Origin: an uncultured Candidatus Poseidoniales archaeon
Lineage (GTDB): Archaea > Thermoplasmatota > Poseidoniia > Poseidoniales > Thalassarchaeaceae
Assembly: GCA_902625325.1 (NCBI GenBank)
Contig: CACOAW010000007.1
Span: 16,262 to 80,261 of the forward strand
Reading direction: 5' to 3'
DNA length: 64,000 nt
Below the pieces are notes generated by a model. The model did not search any database, was not told the DNA's origin, and saw only the letters and a list, made by a program, of their open reading frames with translations. The position numbers and the translations under genes were made by a program. Shown piece by piece: positions 10,197 through 18,779 of this stretch. The first letter of the stretch is position 1, and every line of letters starts with the position of its first letter.

Positions 10197-11477
10197 TCAT
10201 GGATGCTCAGGGACTTCGTCAGACCAGTGTGACATCTTGTTCAGAGTGATCGTCACATTGGTTACCTCTCCTTCTTCCCAGTAGTCTACTGCCACGAAAG
10301 TAGGCCTGTTGTCCATTTCCTCCCAGCACTGAAGGGACCGATTTAGTAGAGTCTCATACTCGTTCACGTCATTAGCCAAAATCGGATCGGGTAGTCCGTA
10401 GATGCTAGATAGCCAGTTGTTCAGGTGCCACACTGGTTGGGACCCATCACCACGATGAACAGTGCAGGTCATCTCATCCTTACTGCTCTCTGCGTAGTTG
10501 GTTGTCCATCCGAACGTTCCGAAGTCGTGCAACCAAGGGTATTCATCGTGCTGAGATTGTTCCCAGAAGACAATCAGATTCTTCCCATGTATGACCAAAT
10601 CTCCTAGACTCGGCCACTCATCTCCGAGAGTATGGGTGTAGATCCTGTCCTTCATGCCAGTCTCGTTGAATAGGAAACTCAAGTGAGAGGCAGGGACGTA
10701 GTTCTCTATCAGAAGGGTGACAACATCGCCACTGGAGTTGTTCATTAGGGAATTTAGCATCCTCATCCATTCGAATGCATCAACCTCTCCGAAGTTGCAG
10801 GGGTGGAAGAACTGGCCAGTACTGTGGCAGAACCTGACATCCTCTTTGGAAGTGTGGTCGTAATGGCTGTGATGGGAGTCCACCATGAAGGCCCTGATTC
10901 CATCATCCCACTGCCTTTGCAGGCCTGTGTAGTGATTCACCCCAACTAGAACCTGATCTTCTATGGTGGAGTAAGCATTGTGAGTCTCGGCGAAGGTAAA
11001 GTCGTCATATGTTCTCAGGCAGTATTTCGCCTCTCCGTGGCAGCTGATGAAATCATTCGGATCCATCGGATCGAAACCCCTTTCCAATTCCCATTCATTA
11101 GGAAGATCATCGCCATCCGAATCATCATCCCACTCATCGCACTCCATGTCCCCATCTAGATCGTCTGGTACGGATTCACTATCAACAGGGTCAGTTCCGC
11201 ATCTCCCTTCCTCGGCATCGCTCCAAGAATCCCCATCATCATCCAAGTCATTGGGGTCGCATTGTGAATCACCATCAGTGTCGATTGGGGTTACTTCACC
11301 GTCATTTGGATCAGATGTGCAGTTCAGCTCTTCGGAATTGCTCCAACCATCGCCATCGATATCCAGATCCTCAGAGTCCTGAATGCCGTCTCCATCCATA
11401 TCAGGAGTGGATCCTTCTAGGCATCCTGAGGTCAATAGCGCGAAGCACAAAATAAAAGATAACACTTTTTTGTGCAT
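10197..11477 (-). CDS. Secreted lipoprotein with N-terminal thrombospondin-type-3-like Ca-binding Asp repeats and a C-terminal PLC-like phosphodiesterase (PI-PLC X-like) domain
   Basis: Signal peptide with lipobox LLTSGC. Repeated DxDxDGxxDxxD units (for example DMDGDGIQDSEDLDIDGDGWSNSEE). AETHNAYST and GIRAFMVDSHH resemble PI-PLC X-box catalytic segments. Confidence 0.55.
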   Translation of the reverse strand: MHKKVLSFILCFALLTSGCLEGSTPDMDGDGIQDSEDLDIDGDGWSNSEELNCTSDPNDGEVTPIDTDGDSQCDPNDLDDDGDSWSDAEEGRCGTDPVDSESVPDDLDGDMECDEWDDDSDGDDLPNEWELERGFDPMDPNDFISCHGEAKYCLRTYDDFTFAETHNAYSTIEDQVLVGVNHYTGLQRQWDDGIRAFMVDSHHSHYDHTSKEDVRFCHSTGQFFHPCNFGEVDAFEWMRMLNSLMNNSSGDVVTLLIENYVPASHLSFLFNETGMKDRIYTHTLGDEWPSLGDLVIHGKNLIVFWEQSQHDEYPWLHDFGTFGWTTNYAESSKDEMTCTVHRGDGSQPVWHLNNWLSSIYGLPDPILANDVNEYETLLNRSLQCWEEMDNRPTFVAVDYWEEGEVTNVTITLNKMSHWSDEVPEHP

Positions 11478-11513
11478 TTACCAGTCACCCCGATTAACAA
11501 TTCAAGTAGTACC

Positions 11514-12341
11514 CTAGTCCATCACAGTCTCGTGATGGTTCGGTACGAAAGTCTGCTCAGTCATAGGGGGCCTCACGTATCCCCTCGCAGTCTTCCTCTC
11601 CGGCAGCTCAATCGGCTCTGGAGTAAGGTCCTCGTACTCGATCATAGACAGTAGATGGTTGATGCAATTCAAGTGCGCATGCCTCTTGATATCGGAGTTT
11701 ACCACGAACCAAGGGGACTGCTTGGTGTCAGTGTGAGCGAACATCACGTCCTTCGCCTCAGAGTAGTCTTCCCACCGCGTGAGAGACTCCAGATCCATCG
11801 GACTGAGTTTCCACCTCTTGTGCGGTTCGTCCAGCCTTGCCTTGAAACGCTTCAGCTGCTCGTCATCGGAAACTGAGAACCAGTACTTAATCAGAATCGT
11901 TCCGGACCTCATCAGCATCCTCTCGAACATCGGGCACGACCTCATGAATTCGTCATACTCCCCCTCATCGCAGAATCCCATAACCCTCTCGACCCCGGCT
12001 CTGTTGTACCAACTTCTGTCGAACATCACTATTTCTCCTGCAGCGGGGAGATGGTTGACGTACCTTTGGAAGTACCACTCGGTCTTCTGCCTCTCGGTGG
12101 GGGCTGGCAGAGCAGCCACTCTCACGACTCTGGGATTGAGATACTGCGCGATCCTCTTTATCACGCCACCTTTACCGGCAGCATCTCTACCTTCGAAGAC
12201 GATCACGACCTTGAGTCCCTTCGCCTTCACCCATTCCTGAAGTTTGATTAACTCTAATTGTAGCCTGAATAGCTCCGTGTTGTACTTCTTCTTCCCTATC
12301 CTCTCTATTTTCTCGCTTCCATTGCCGCCCATTGTAATCAA
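11514..12341 (-). CDS. ppk2: Polyphosphate kinase 2
   Basis: VIVFEGRDAAGKGG Walker A and FDRSWYNRAGVE, both typical of PPK2. Confidence 0.85.
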   Translation of the reverse strand: MITMGGNGSEKIERIGKKKYNTELFRLQLELIKLQEWVKAKGLKVVIVFEGRDAAGKGGVIKRIAQYLNPRVVRVAALPAPTERQKTEWYFQRYVNHLPAAGEIVMFDRSWYNRAGVERVMGFCDEGEYDEFMRSCPMFERMLMRSGTILIKYWFSVSDDEQLKRFKARLDEPHKRWKLSPMDLESLTRWEDYSEAKDVMFAHTDTKQSPWFVVNSDIKRHAHLNCINHLLSMIEYEDLTPEPIELPERKTARGYVRPPMTEQTFVPNHHETVMD

Positions 12342-12401
12342 CCCCCCATAACCGTCTTTGACAAAAGTCCTCTGGTCCAGGATTCGGAGAATCCTGACGA
12401 G

Positions 12402-13064
12402 TCAAAGGAGGCTGACAAGATCAATCAGTGATGACACAGGGTCTTCAGACTTGGTAACTCCACTAGCCAAAAGCACCCCAGAAGTGCCAAGCTCGATCGC
12501 CTTGGCCACGTCTCCGCCGGTCTTTACACCCGCACCGCACAGGATGCCAACACTCGTGGACACTTCTCTGACTGCTTGGGCTGTCCCACTGACTATCCCT
12601 GGATCAGCGCTAGTTACCGAAGTCTCGCCGCCAATCAACTCCGGCGGCTCTACAGCAACAAAACCCGGCTCTAATGCCGCCAGTGCTCTTGCCTCGTGAA
12701 TGTCTGCCGCACAGGCGCAGACATGGAATCCGTCGGGAATCTTCTCCATGAGCATAGCGACGTGCTCCAAGCTCACCTTATGTTCCGCATGATTGACGAG
12801 AGTTCCCGAAGCCCCCCTCTCCATTGCAGTTTCAGGATGCAGCCACCCCGTATTCGAACCGAAACCTACGGGATCAAGATGCTGGCACCATACCTCCAGT
12901 CCCGGTGCAGCAGCGACTATGGCAGACAGATCGAATGCAGAGACCGCAGCAACCATCCTAGCCCGTGTATCTATGCTCGCCATCGCCCTAGCCAGATCTT
13001 CGGCACGCGCCCCGTGAGCAGTCTGGTAGGTCTTGAAATTAACAACAACTAGGGATTCGCCCAT
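12402..13064 (-). CDS. tpiA: Triosephosphate isomerase, short archaeal type
   Basis: VVNFKTYQ, LVNHAEH, EPPELIGG and CGAGVKTGGDV. The roughly 220-aa length is typical of archaeal TIM. Confidence 0.85.
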   Translation of the reverse strand: MGESLVVVNFKTYQTAHGARAEDLARAMASIDTRARMVAAVSAFDLSAIVAAAPGLEVWCQHLDPVGFGSNTGWLHPETAMERGASGTLVNHAEHKVSLEHVAMLMEKIPDGFHVCACAADIHEARALAALEPGFVAVEPPELIGGETSVTSADPGIVSGTAQAVREVSTSVGILCGAGVKTGGDVAKAIELGTSGVLLASGVTKSEDPVSSLIDLVSLL

Positions 13065-13129
13065 GGCTCCCCGAGGGACTGGGTCTCTTTGACCATGACG
13101 GGATTTACAATCGATTATCGTACCTTTCT

Positions 13130-14086
13130 TTACGGTTGGCCATGATCAACGACCTTCGAACTCAAGTTAGAACCCTCTGGAATCCTGGCCCTCATTCCTA
13201 TCAGGCACCCCTCGATGTTACAATTAGGGCCTATTTCCGCACCCTCCAGAACAACTGAGTCGTGAATAACCGATCCTTCCTCGATGCAGGCACCGAAACC
13301 TATTGTGCTTGAGACAACCTCTCCTTTGTTCGTAGAACCTTCTCCGAACCATGAGTCTTTGTCAACTGAACCGCTGGAGAAACTACCGGCCGAGATACAT
13401 ACTTGGCTCGCTTCTATGAACGATTGAGGAGTCCCCGCATCAACGAACCATCCTTCGAACGGGAAGCCATTCAAGCCACCGGTTGCAGCCAGGTTCTCGT
13501 AGACATCCCTCTCAATGCTATGCGCCCCGTCAGGCATCAAATTGAATATCTCAGGCTCTAGGATGTATGCTCCCGCATTAATCAGATTGGAGAAAGCCTC
13601 CTCTATCGGGGGTTTCTCTTGGAACCTCATTATCTTTCCATTCTCTTCCCTGTAGTCGGCGACACCGAATCGGGACGGATCCTCAACCTCCCAAAGCGAG
13701 ATGGTTCCAATGCCTCCGTTACTCCTGTGGAATTCAAGCATCTCTTCTACTCTGAGACTTGTAATTAGGTCCCCGTTGATTACGCAGAATGTGCCTCCAG
13801 AGAGATGCTCTCTGCAGTTGGCAATGGCCCCTCCAGTACCCAGTGGCTCGGTTTCCTCGATTATCACTACCTCGTAAGGGAGACTAACTTTGGAGAAGTG
13901 ATCACGCATCTTCTTTACTCCATAACCAGCGGCAATGAGTATTCTATCCACTTGAGATTCAGGAATTATTCCAACAGCATGCTCAATCATCGTCTTGTCC
14001 AGTATTGGTAAGAGGGGCTTCGGGACGCTTTCTGTCCAAGGACGGAGCCTTGTTCCGAAACCTCCAGCGAGGACTATGACATCCAT
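13130..14086 (-). CDS. Sugar-1-phosphate nucleotidyltransferase with a C-terminal left-handed beta-helix domain
   Basis: MDVIVLAGGFGTRLRPWT at the proposed start (ATG at 14086). GGAIAN and hexapeptide-like repeats occur near the C-terminus. The 83 codons upstream in the ORF track have no homology signature. Confidence 0.8.
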   Translation of the reverse strand: MDVIVLAGGFGTRLRPWTESVPKPLLPILDKTMIEHAVGIIPESQVDRILIAAGYGVKKMRDHFSKVSLPYEVVIIEETEPLGTGGAIANCREHLSGGTFCVINGDLITSLRVEEMLEFHRSNGGIGTISLWEVEDPSRFGVADYREENGKIMRFQEKPPIEEAFSNLINAGAYILEPEIFNLMPDGAHSIERDVYENLAATGGLNGFPFEGWFVDAGTPQSFIEASQVCISAGSFSSGSVDKDSWFGEGSTNKGEVVSSTIGFGACIEEGSVIHDSVVLEGAEIGPNCNIEGCLIGMRARIPEGSNLSSKVVDHGQP

Positions 14087-14185
14087 GTCAGGTGAATTGA
14101 GCCTCTGCGTTTTAGGGCTTCGCGTTCTACGACTTTCATAATCTCGATGCGTATCGTTGAAAGACAGACGTTGTCTCGCGAGGGT

Positions 14186-15397
14186 GTGAATATCCACGAG
14201 TACCAAGGTAAAGCCCTCTTCCGAGAAGAGGGTGTCGCTGTACAAGAAGGCGTTCACTGCACAACAGTGGACCAAGCCATGGAAGCCTACGACTCTCTTG
14301 AAAGCAAGGTCGTCGCCGTAAAGAGCCAGATACATGCGGGAGGACGTGGGAAAGGAAACCTCTACTGCCCCGACACCGGAAATTTGCAGATGGAGGGCGG
14401 AGTCAAGATTGCCTCATCGCGAGACGAGGTCGAGACCTATTCCAAAAACATCCTAGGGAACATTCTGGTCACCAAGCAGTCCGGTCCGGATGGTAAGATG
14501 GTGAACAACCTGTACATAGAGGCAGGCTGTGAAATCGCCCATGAGTATTATCTCGCTCTCTTAGTCGACCGAGAAAAGGATGCCATCTTGGTTATGGCTT
14601 CAACAGAGGGGGGTGTTGACATAGAGGAGGTTGCTGAGACTACTCCCCAAGCTATTCACAAAGCTTGGACCGACTCATCGGGGAAACTGCCTATGGGGGC
14701 TGACAGTGCGATGGCTGATTCCCTGGGACTCACAGGCTCATCAAAGGACTCGTTCAAAGAGATGCTAGGGCGCTTGGTCTCCATGTTCGTGTCACGGGAC
14801 TGTTCTATGGTTGAGATCAATCCTCTTGTGAGAACAGAAGACGGCGCTATGATCGCACTAGACTCCAAGATAAGTTTCGATGACAACGCCTCATTCAGGC
14901 ATCCCTGGAGAGCGGAGATGAGAGACATGTCCGAAGAGGAAGAGGTCGAGATTAGGGCCAATAAATCCGGACTGTCATACGTCAAATTGGATGGAAATAT
15001 CGGTTGTCTGGTCAATGGAGCAGGACTAGCCATGGCCTCAATGGATGTTATCAAACTATACGGGGGCGAGCCTGCAAACTTCCTCGACATTGGGGGAGGG
15101 GCCAACAAGGAGTCAATCACTACTGCCTTCGGAATAATTCTCGAGGATCAAAATGTAGAGGGTATTCTAGTGAATATCTTCGGAGGAATCATTCGCTGTG
15201 ATATGGTGGCTCGGAGCATAATAGATGCATCCAGGGAAGTCGGACTTTCTGTTCCACTGGTGGTTAGATTCTCAGGAACGAACCACGAAGAAGGAAGGAA
15301 CGTACTAGAGGAGAGCTCTCTGGAAGTCACCACCGTGAGTACGCTTGCCGATGGTGCCGAAGCAATCGTCGCTGCAACAGTTGGGGTGGACGCTTGA
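14186..15397 (+). CDS. sucC: Succinyl-CoA synthetase beta subunit
   Basis: (V)[11 protein letters not shown] is the canonical SucC N-terminus, so GTG at 14186 is the likely start. Resemblance to SucC runs through the ATP-grasp and CoA-ligase domains. Confidence 0.9.
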   Translation: MNIHEYQGKALFREEGVAVQEGVHCTTVDQAMEAYDSLESKVVAVKSQIHAGGRGKGNLYCPDTGNLQMEGGVKIASSRDEVETYSKNILGNILVTKQSGPDGKMVNNLYIEAGCEIAHEYYLALLVDREKDAILVMASTEGGVDIEEVAETTPQAIHKAWTDSSGKLPMGADSAMADSLGLTGSSKDSFKEMLGRLVSMFVSRDCSMVEINPLVRTEDGAMIALDSKISFDDNASFRHPWRAEMRDMSEEEEVEIRANKSGLSYVKLDGNIGCLVNGAGLAMASMDVIKLYGGEPANFLDIGGGANKESITTAFGIILEDQNVEGILVNIFGGIIRCDMVARSIIDASREVGLSVPLVVRFSGTNHEEGRNVLEESSLEVTTVSTLADGAEAIVAATVGVDA

Positions 15398-16323
15398 GTA
15401 TCTGGATAAATGAGTCCAGCAAGGTCTTAGTTCAGGGAATTACTGGAGGCCAAGGAACATTCCATGCCACTCGAATGACGGAGTACGGGACAGATGTCGT
15501 AGGAGGCGTCACACCCGGTAAGGGCGGCCAAGTGGTCGATCTCCCTGGTCGGTCTGTCCCTGTCTACGATACCATGGGGCAAGCCGTTTCGGAAACCAAT
15601 GCTGATGTTACCGTAATCTACGTTCCAGCGAGATTCGCAGCAGCAGCAATTGTTGAGGCCGCCGATGCTTTCAACGAAATCAAGGGCGAGGGATTGATTG
15701 TATGCATTACAGAGGGAATTCCTATCCTCGATATGATTAGATGCATAGCGCACATTTCGGAAATGCCTGGAATCAGGCTTATTGGCCCCAATTGTCCAGG
15801 AATCATAACTCCGGGAGAAAATGGTGGTTGCAAGGTGGGAATCATGCCAGGATACATACACGCCAAGGGAAGAATAGGCATAATCTCGAAGTCCGGTACA
15901 CTAACCTACGAGGCTGTAGCTCAAACAATGAGCGTGGGAGAGGGTCAGACCACGTGCATAGGTATAGGGGGAGATCCCATCAGTGGAACTGGATTCATAG
16001 ACTGTCTTGCCGCCTTTGAGGAGGACCCAGAGACCGAGGCCGTTGTGATGATCGGAGAGATTGGTGGGACGGCTGAAGAAGATGCTGCGGCTTGGGCTGC
16101 AGACAACTTCAGCAAGCCTATTGTCGGATTCGTTGCGGGAGCAACAGCACCTCCTGGCAAAAGGATGGGGCACGCTGGGGCCATTATCTCCGGTGGAAAA
16201 GGCACGGCGGAGGAGAAGTTTTCCGCATTCGAGAAGGCAGGAATTCACATTGCTAGAGATCCATCCAAGATTGGGGAAGTGCTAGTCTCGGTGTTGATTG
16301 AAGCCGGACTACGAGAGCCTTAG
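15394..16323 (+). CDS. sucD: Succinyl-CoA synthetase alpha subunit
   Basis: [12 protein letters not shown] and the phosphohistidine loop [14 protein letters not shown]. The TTG start overlaps the sucC stop (TTGA). Confidence 0.9.
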   Translation: MSIWINESSKVLVQGITGGQGTFHATRMTEYGTDVVGGVTPGKGGQVVDLPGRSVPVYDTMGQAVSETNADVTVIYVPARFAAAAIVEAADAFNEIKGEGLIVCITEGIPILDMIRCIAHISEMPGIRLIGPNCPGIITPGENGGCKVGIMPGYIHAKGRIGIISKSGTLTYEAVAQTMSVGEGQTTCIGIGGDPISGTGFIDCLAAFEEDPETEAVVMIGEIGGTAEEDAAAWAADNFSKPIVGFVAGATAPPGKRMGHAGAIISGGKGTAEEKFSAFEKAGIHIARDPSKIGEVLVSVLIEAGLREP

Positions 16324-16358
16324 GAACAAAGGCACCCAGCATGACATAGTTGGTAACC

Positions 16359-17357
16359 ATGTCTGGCATATTCAACTCGGAATTGGACTCAATACTCGAG
16401 GGGACATCACGCTCGTTCTACCTCTCCCTGAAGGAATTGCCCAGGGCAATCAGGTCCCAAGTTAGCCTTCTGTATATGCTTGCAAGGACTTCTGATACTA
16501 TTGCAGACTCAGAAGGCGGGGAACCCAAGGAACTCATGGAGGCTCTAGAGTCATACGATGATTTCACACAAGGACGGTCCTCGGACGCTCCGGAACTGTC
16601 TTCCTTCTCACAGTTTCAAACCAATAAATCGGAAGGACTCCTTCTGAAGAATGTAGAAGCAGTGGCGTCCAGGATTGAAGGATTCTCTGATTCAGATCAG
16701 GAGGCAATTCGGTCATGCTTGGGAATCATCATCAGTGGACAGATTCTAGATTTGAATAGATTCTCTCTCACAGAGGCGGACATCGCCTCTATAGAGAAAG
16801 ATGACGAATTAGATGACTATGCATATCGAGTTGCTGGAAGTGTGGGTGAATTCTGGACCCGGATGTCATTAGCTCATCTTTTCAAATTAGACTCTGAGAG
16901 GGAGAAAGAGATATTCGAGAAAGGCGTCAAATTCGGTAAGTCACTACAGATGATCAACATCCTCAGAGATATTCCATCAGACCTGGCTCTAGGTCGATGC
17001 TACATCCCCAGAAAAAGTCTGGAAAAACACAACCTGAGCCCACAAGACCTATTGGACAAGTCGAAAATGGAGTCCTTCAGGCCACTTTATGACGAATATC
17101 TAGATTTGACCTCTAAGTATCTGGAGTCAGCAATCCAGTACATCGAAATGATACCTCACTCGCAGTTTCGCCTTAGAGGGTCATGCATGCTTCCAGTAAT
17201 AATTGGAAAGAGGACAGTTTCCCTACTTCGGGGTAGAAACGTTCTCGATCGAAAAGACAGGATAAAGATTGATAGATCGGAAATCAAAGAGGTAGTCAAA
17301 CAGGTCGTCATGGCCGTCCCATTCAAAGGTTCAAGCAAGAAACTACTCAGAGATTGA
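16359..17357 (+). CDS. Squalene/phytoene synthase family protein (paralog 1)
   Basis: SRSFYLSLKELP, DDYAYRVAGSVGEF and LQMINILRDIPSDLALGRCYIP, which are trans-isoprenyl diphosphate synthase head-to-head family motifs. Confidence 0.8.
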   Translation: MSGIFNSELDSILEGTSRSFYLSLKELPRAIRSQVSLLYMLARTSDTIADSEGGEPKELMEALESYDDFTQGRSSDAPELSSFSQFQTNKSEGLLLKNVEAVASRIEGFSDSDQEAIRSCLGIIISGQILDLNRFSLTEADIASIEKDDELDDYAYRVAGSVGEFWTRMSLAHLFKLDSEREKEIFEKGVKFGKSLQMINILRDIPSDLALGRCYIPRKSLEKHNLSPQDLLDKSKMESFRPLYDEYLDLTSKYLESAIQYIEMIPHSQFRLRGSCMLPVIIGKRTVSLLRGRNVLDRKDRIKIDRSEIKEVVKQVVMAVPFKGSSKKLLRD

Positions 17358-17462
17358 TCACATATTTTAGAGTGTTTTCAACCCTAAAACTAATGATGCG
17401 CGTTGCAATCGCAATCGGGAGACATTCAAGTGGACCCCGATGCCGCCCTTTTCTGAGGAGTA

Positions 17463-18713
17463 ATGGGGCCGAGCAAGGATTCCGACATCGAGATCGTTAT
17501 CGAGGGCGAACTGCATCAACCCATTTCCCCGGAACCATCAACCAGCCAAGAAGAACAGATCGATATTGTCAGAGCGGCTGTCGGCCTGACGAAGGAAGCA
17601 GCTAGAGCAATCAGCATTACTGCAATTGAGGCAGTTAGGGAGGGGGCTCTATTCATGGGGGTAATAGGATCGAGAGGAGAGTTGTTTGACCCATTCAAGC
17701 ATATCGATGCGGCAATATGGTCAGAATCAGAAATCCCCGAGCATATGATAGAAACATCATACGAATTCTGTGAAGAACTGACTCGTAGGGAGGCTGGAAA
17801 TTTTTACCACTCATTCAAGTATCTCCCGGAAGAGAAGAGACAGTCAATAATGGCATACTATGCCTTCTGCAGAAGGGCCGATGACATCGCGGACGGGGAC
17901 TTCGTGGATATATTCCCAGGAGGATCATCAGATGATCCGGAGTCTGTTGACTACAGATCAAGTATTGAGAGACTGAGCCCGGGGGATCCAGTACTGGATA
18001 GATCAACCTACAATGACAAGATGTCCCAACTATTCTACTACAGAAAGAAACTTTCCACAGCTTACGGCAATGTCACTTCAACCGATCCGATTTTTATTGC
18101 CCTCAAGGATACTGTTAGAAAATACGGCATTCAGAGGCAACTTCTCGACGATATGATCAGTGGTATGGAGAATGACTTCCACAAGAATAGGTATCAGACC
18201 TTCGAGGAACTTTATTCATACTGCTACAGGGTTGCGTCCACGGTCGGTCTGGTCTGCATAGAGATTTATGGATACGACGATCCAAAGGCCAAGGAATATG
18301 CAGAGTCTTGGGGTGTATTCATGCAACTAATCAATATTATCAGGGACGTCGCGGAAGACGCTCAGCGTGATCGAATATACCTCCCAATGGAGGATTTAGC
18401 AAGATGGGGAATTTCAGAGGAAGACGTGAAGAGTGGCAAGGAACTACTCAACCACCCTGGATGGGCTCCTTTCGTGGAGGAGTATTTGGACAGAGCCGAT
18501 GGATACAGACAGCGTGCCTTCAAGCTACTCTCTCACTTAGACAAGTCGGCTCGATACTCCCCAGCAGCAATGGCATCTTTCTACCAATCTATTATGGCCA
18601 AGATAACCAAGAAGAATGGAGATGTTTTCACAGAGAGAATCCAGCTGACCAAAACGGAGAAGATTCTGCTTGCAGGGTATGTGTACGCGAGGTACAGATT
18701 CTTTGGTTTCTGA
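17463..18713 (+). CDS. Squalene/phytoene synthase family protein (paralog 2, CrtB/HpnD-like) with a roughly 90-aa N-terminal extension
   Basis: SFKYLPEEKRQSIMAYYAFCRRADDIAD, YSYCYRVASTVGLV and MQLINIIRDVAEDAQRDRIYLP. Confidence 0.8.
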   Translation: MGPSKDSDIEIVIEGELHQPISPEPSTSQEEQIDIVRAAVGLTKEAARAISITAIEAVREGALFMGVIGSRGELFDPFKHIDAAIWSESEIPEHMIETSYEFCEELTRREAGNFYHSFKYLPEEKRQSIMAYYAFCRRADDIADGDFVDIFPGGSSDDPESVDYRSSIERLSPGDPVLDRSTYNDKMSQLFYYRKKLSTAYGNVTSTDPIFIALKDTVRKYGIQRQLLDDMISGMENDFHKNRYQTFEELYSYCYRVASTVGLVCIEIYGYDDPKAKEYAESWGVFMQLINIIRDVAEDAQRDRIYLPMEDLARWGISEEDVKSGKELLNHPGWAPFVEEYLDRADGYRQRAFKLLSHLDKSARYSPAAMASFYQSIMAKITKKNGDVFTERIQLTKTEKILLAGYVYARYRFFGF

Positions 18714-18779
18714 TGGTAATAGCCACATCATCAATTTTCACATGGAAGATGTATTATTCAATAGTAAGGAGGATTAGAC

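Noticed and set aside
14147-14185. ATG at 14147 as the sucC start.
   Set aside because: SucC proteins start with M-N-I/L-H-E-Y-Q. The GTG at 14186 reproduces this exactly, and the 13 extra residues (MRIVERQTLSREG) look non-conserved.
13130-14335. The 401-aa ORF-track version of the nucleotidyltransferase gene, which overlaps the sucC 5-prime region.
   Set aside because: The first 83 codons have no homology signature and run antisense into the sucC start region. The canonical N-terminus MDVIVLAGGFGTRLRP begins at ATG 14086, so the shorter CDS is preferred.
17354-17605. An 83-aa ORF in the gap between the two squalene/phytoene synthase paralogs.
   Set aside because: It overlaps the well-supported start of the downstream paralog in another frame, and its Arg-rich composition looks non-coding.
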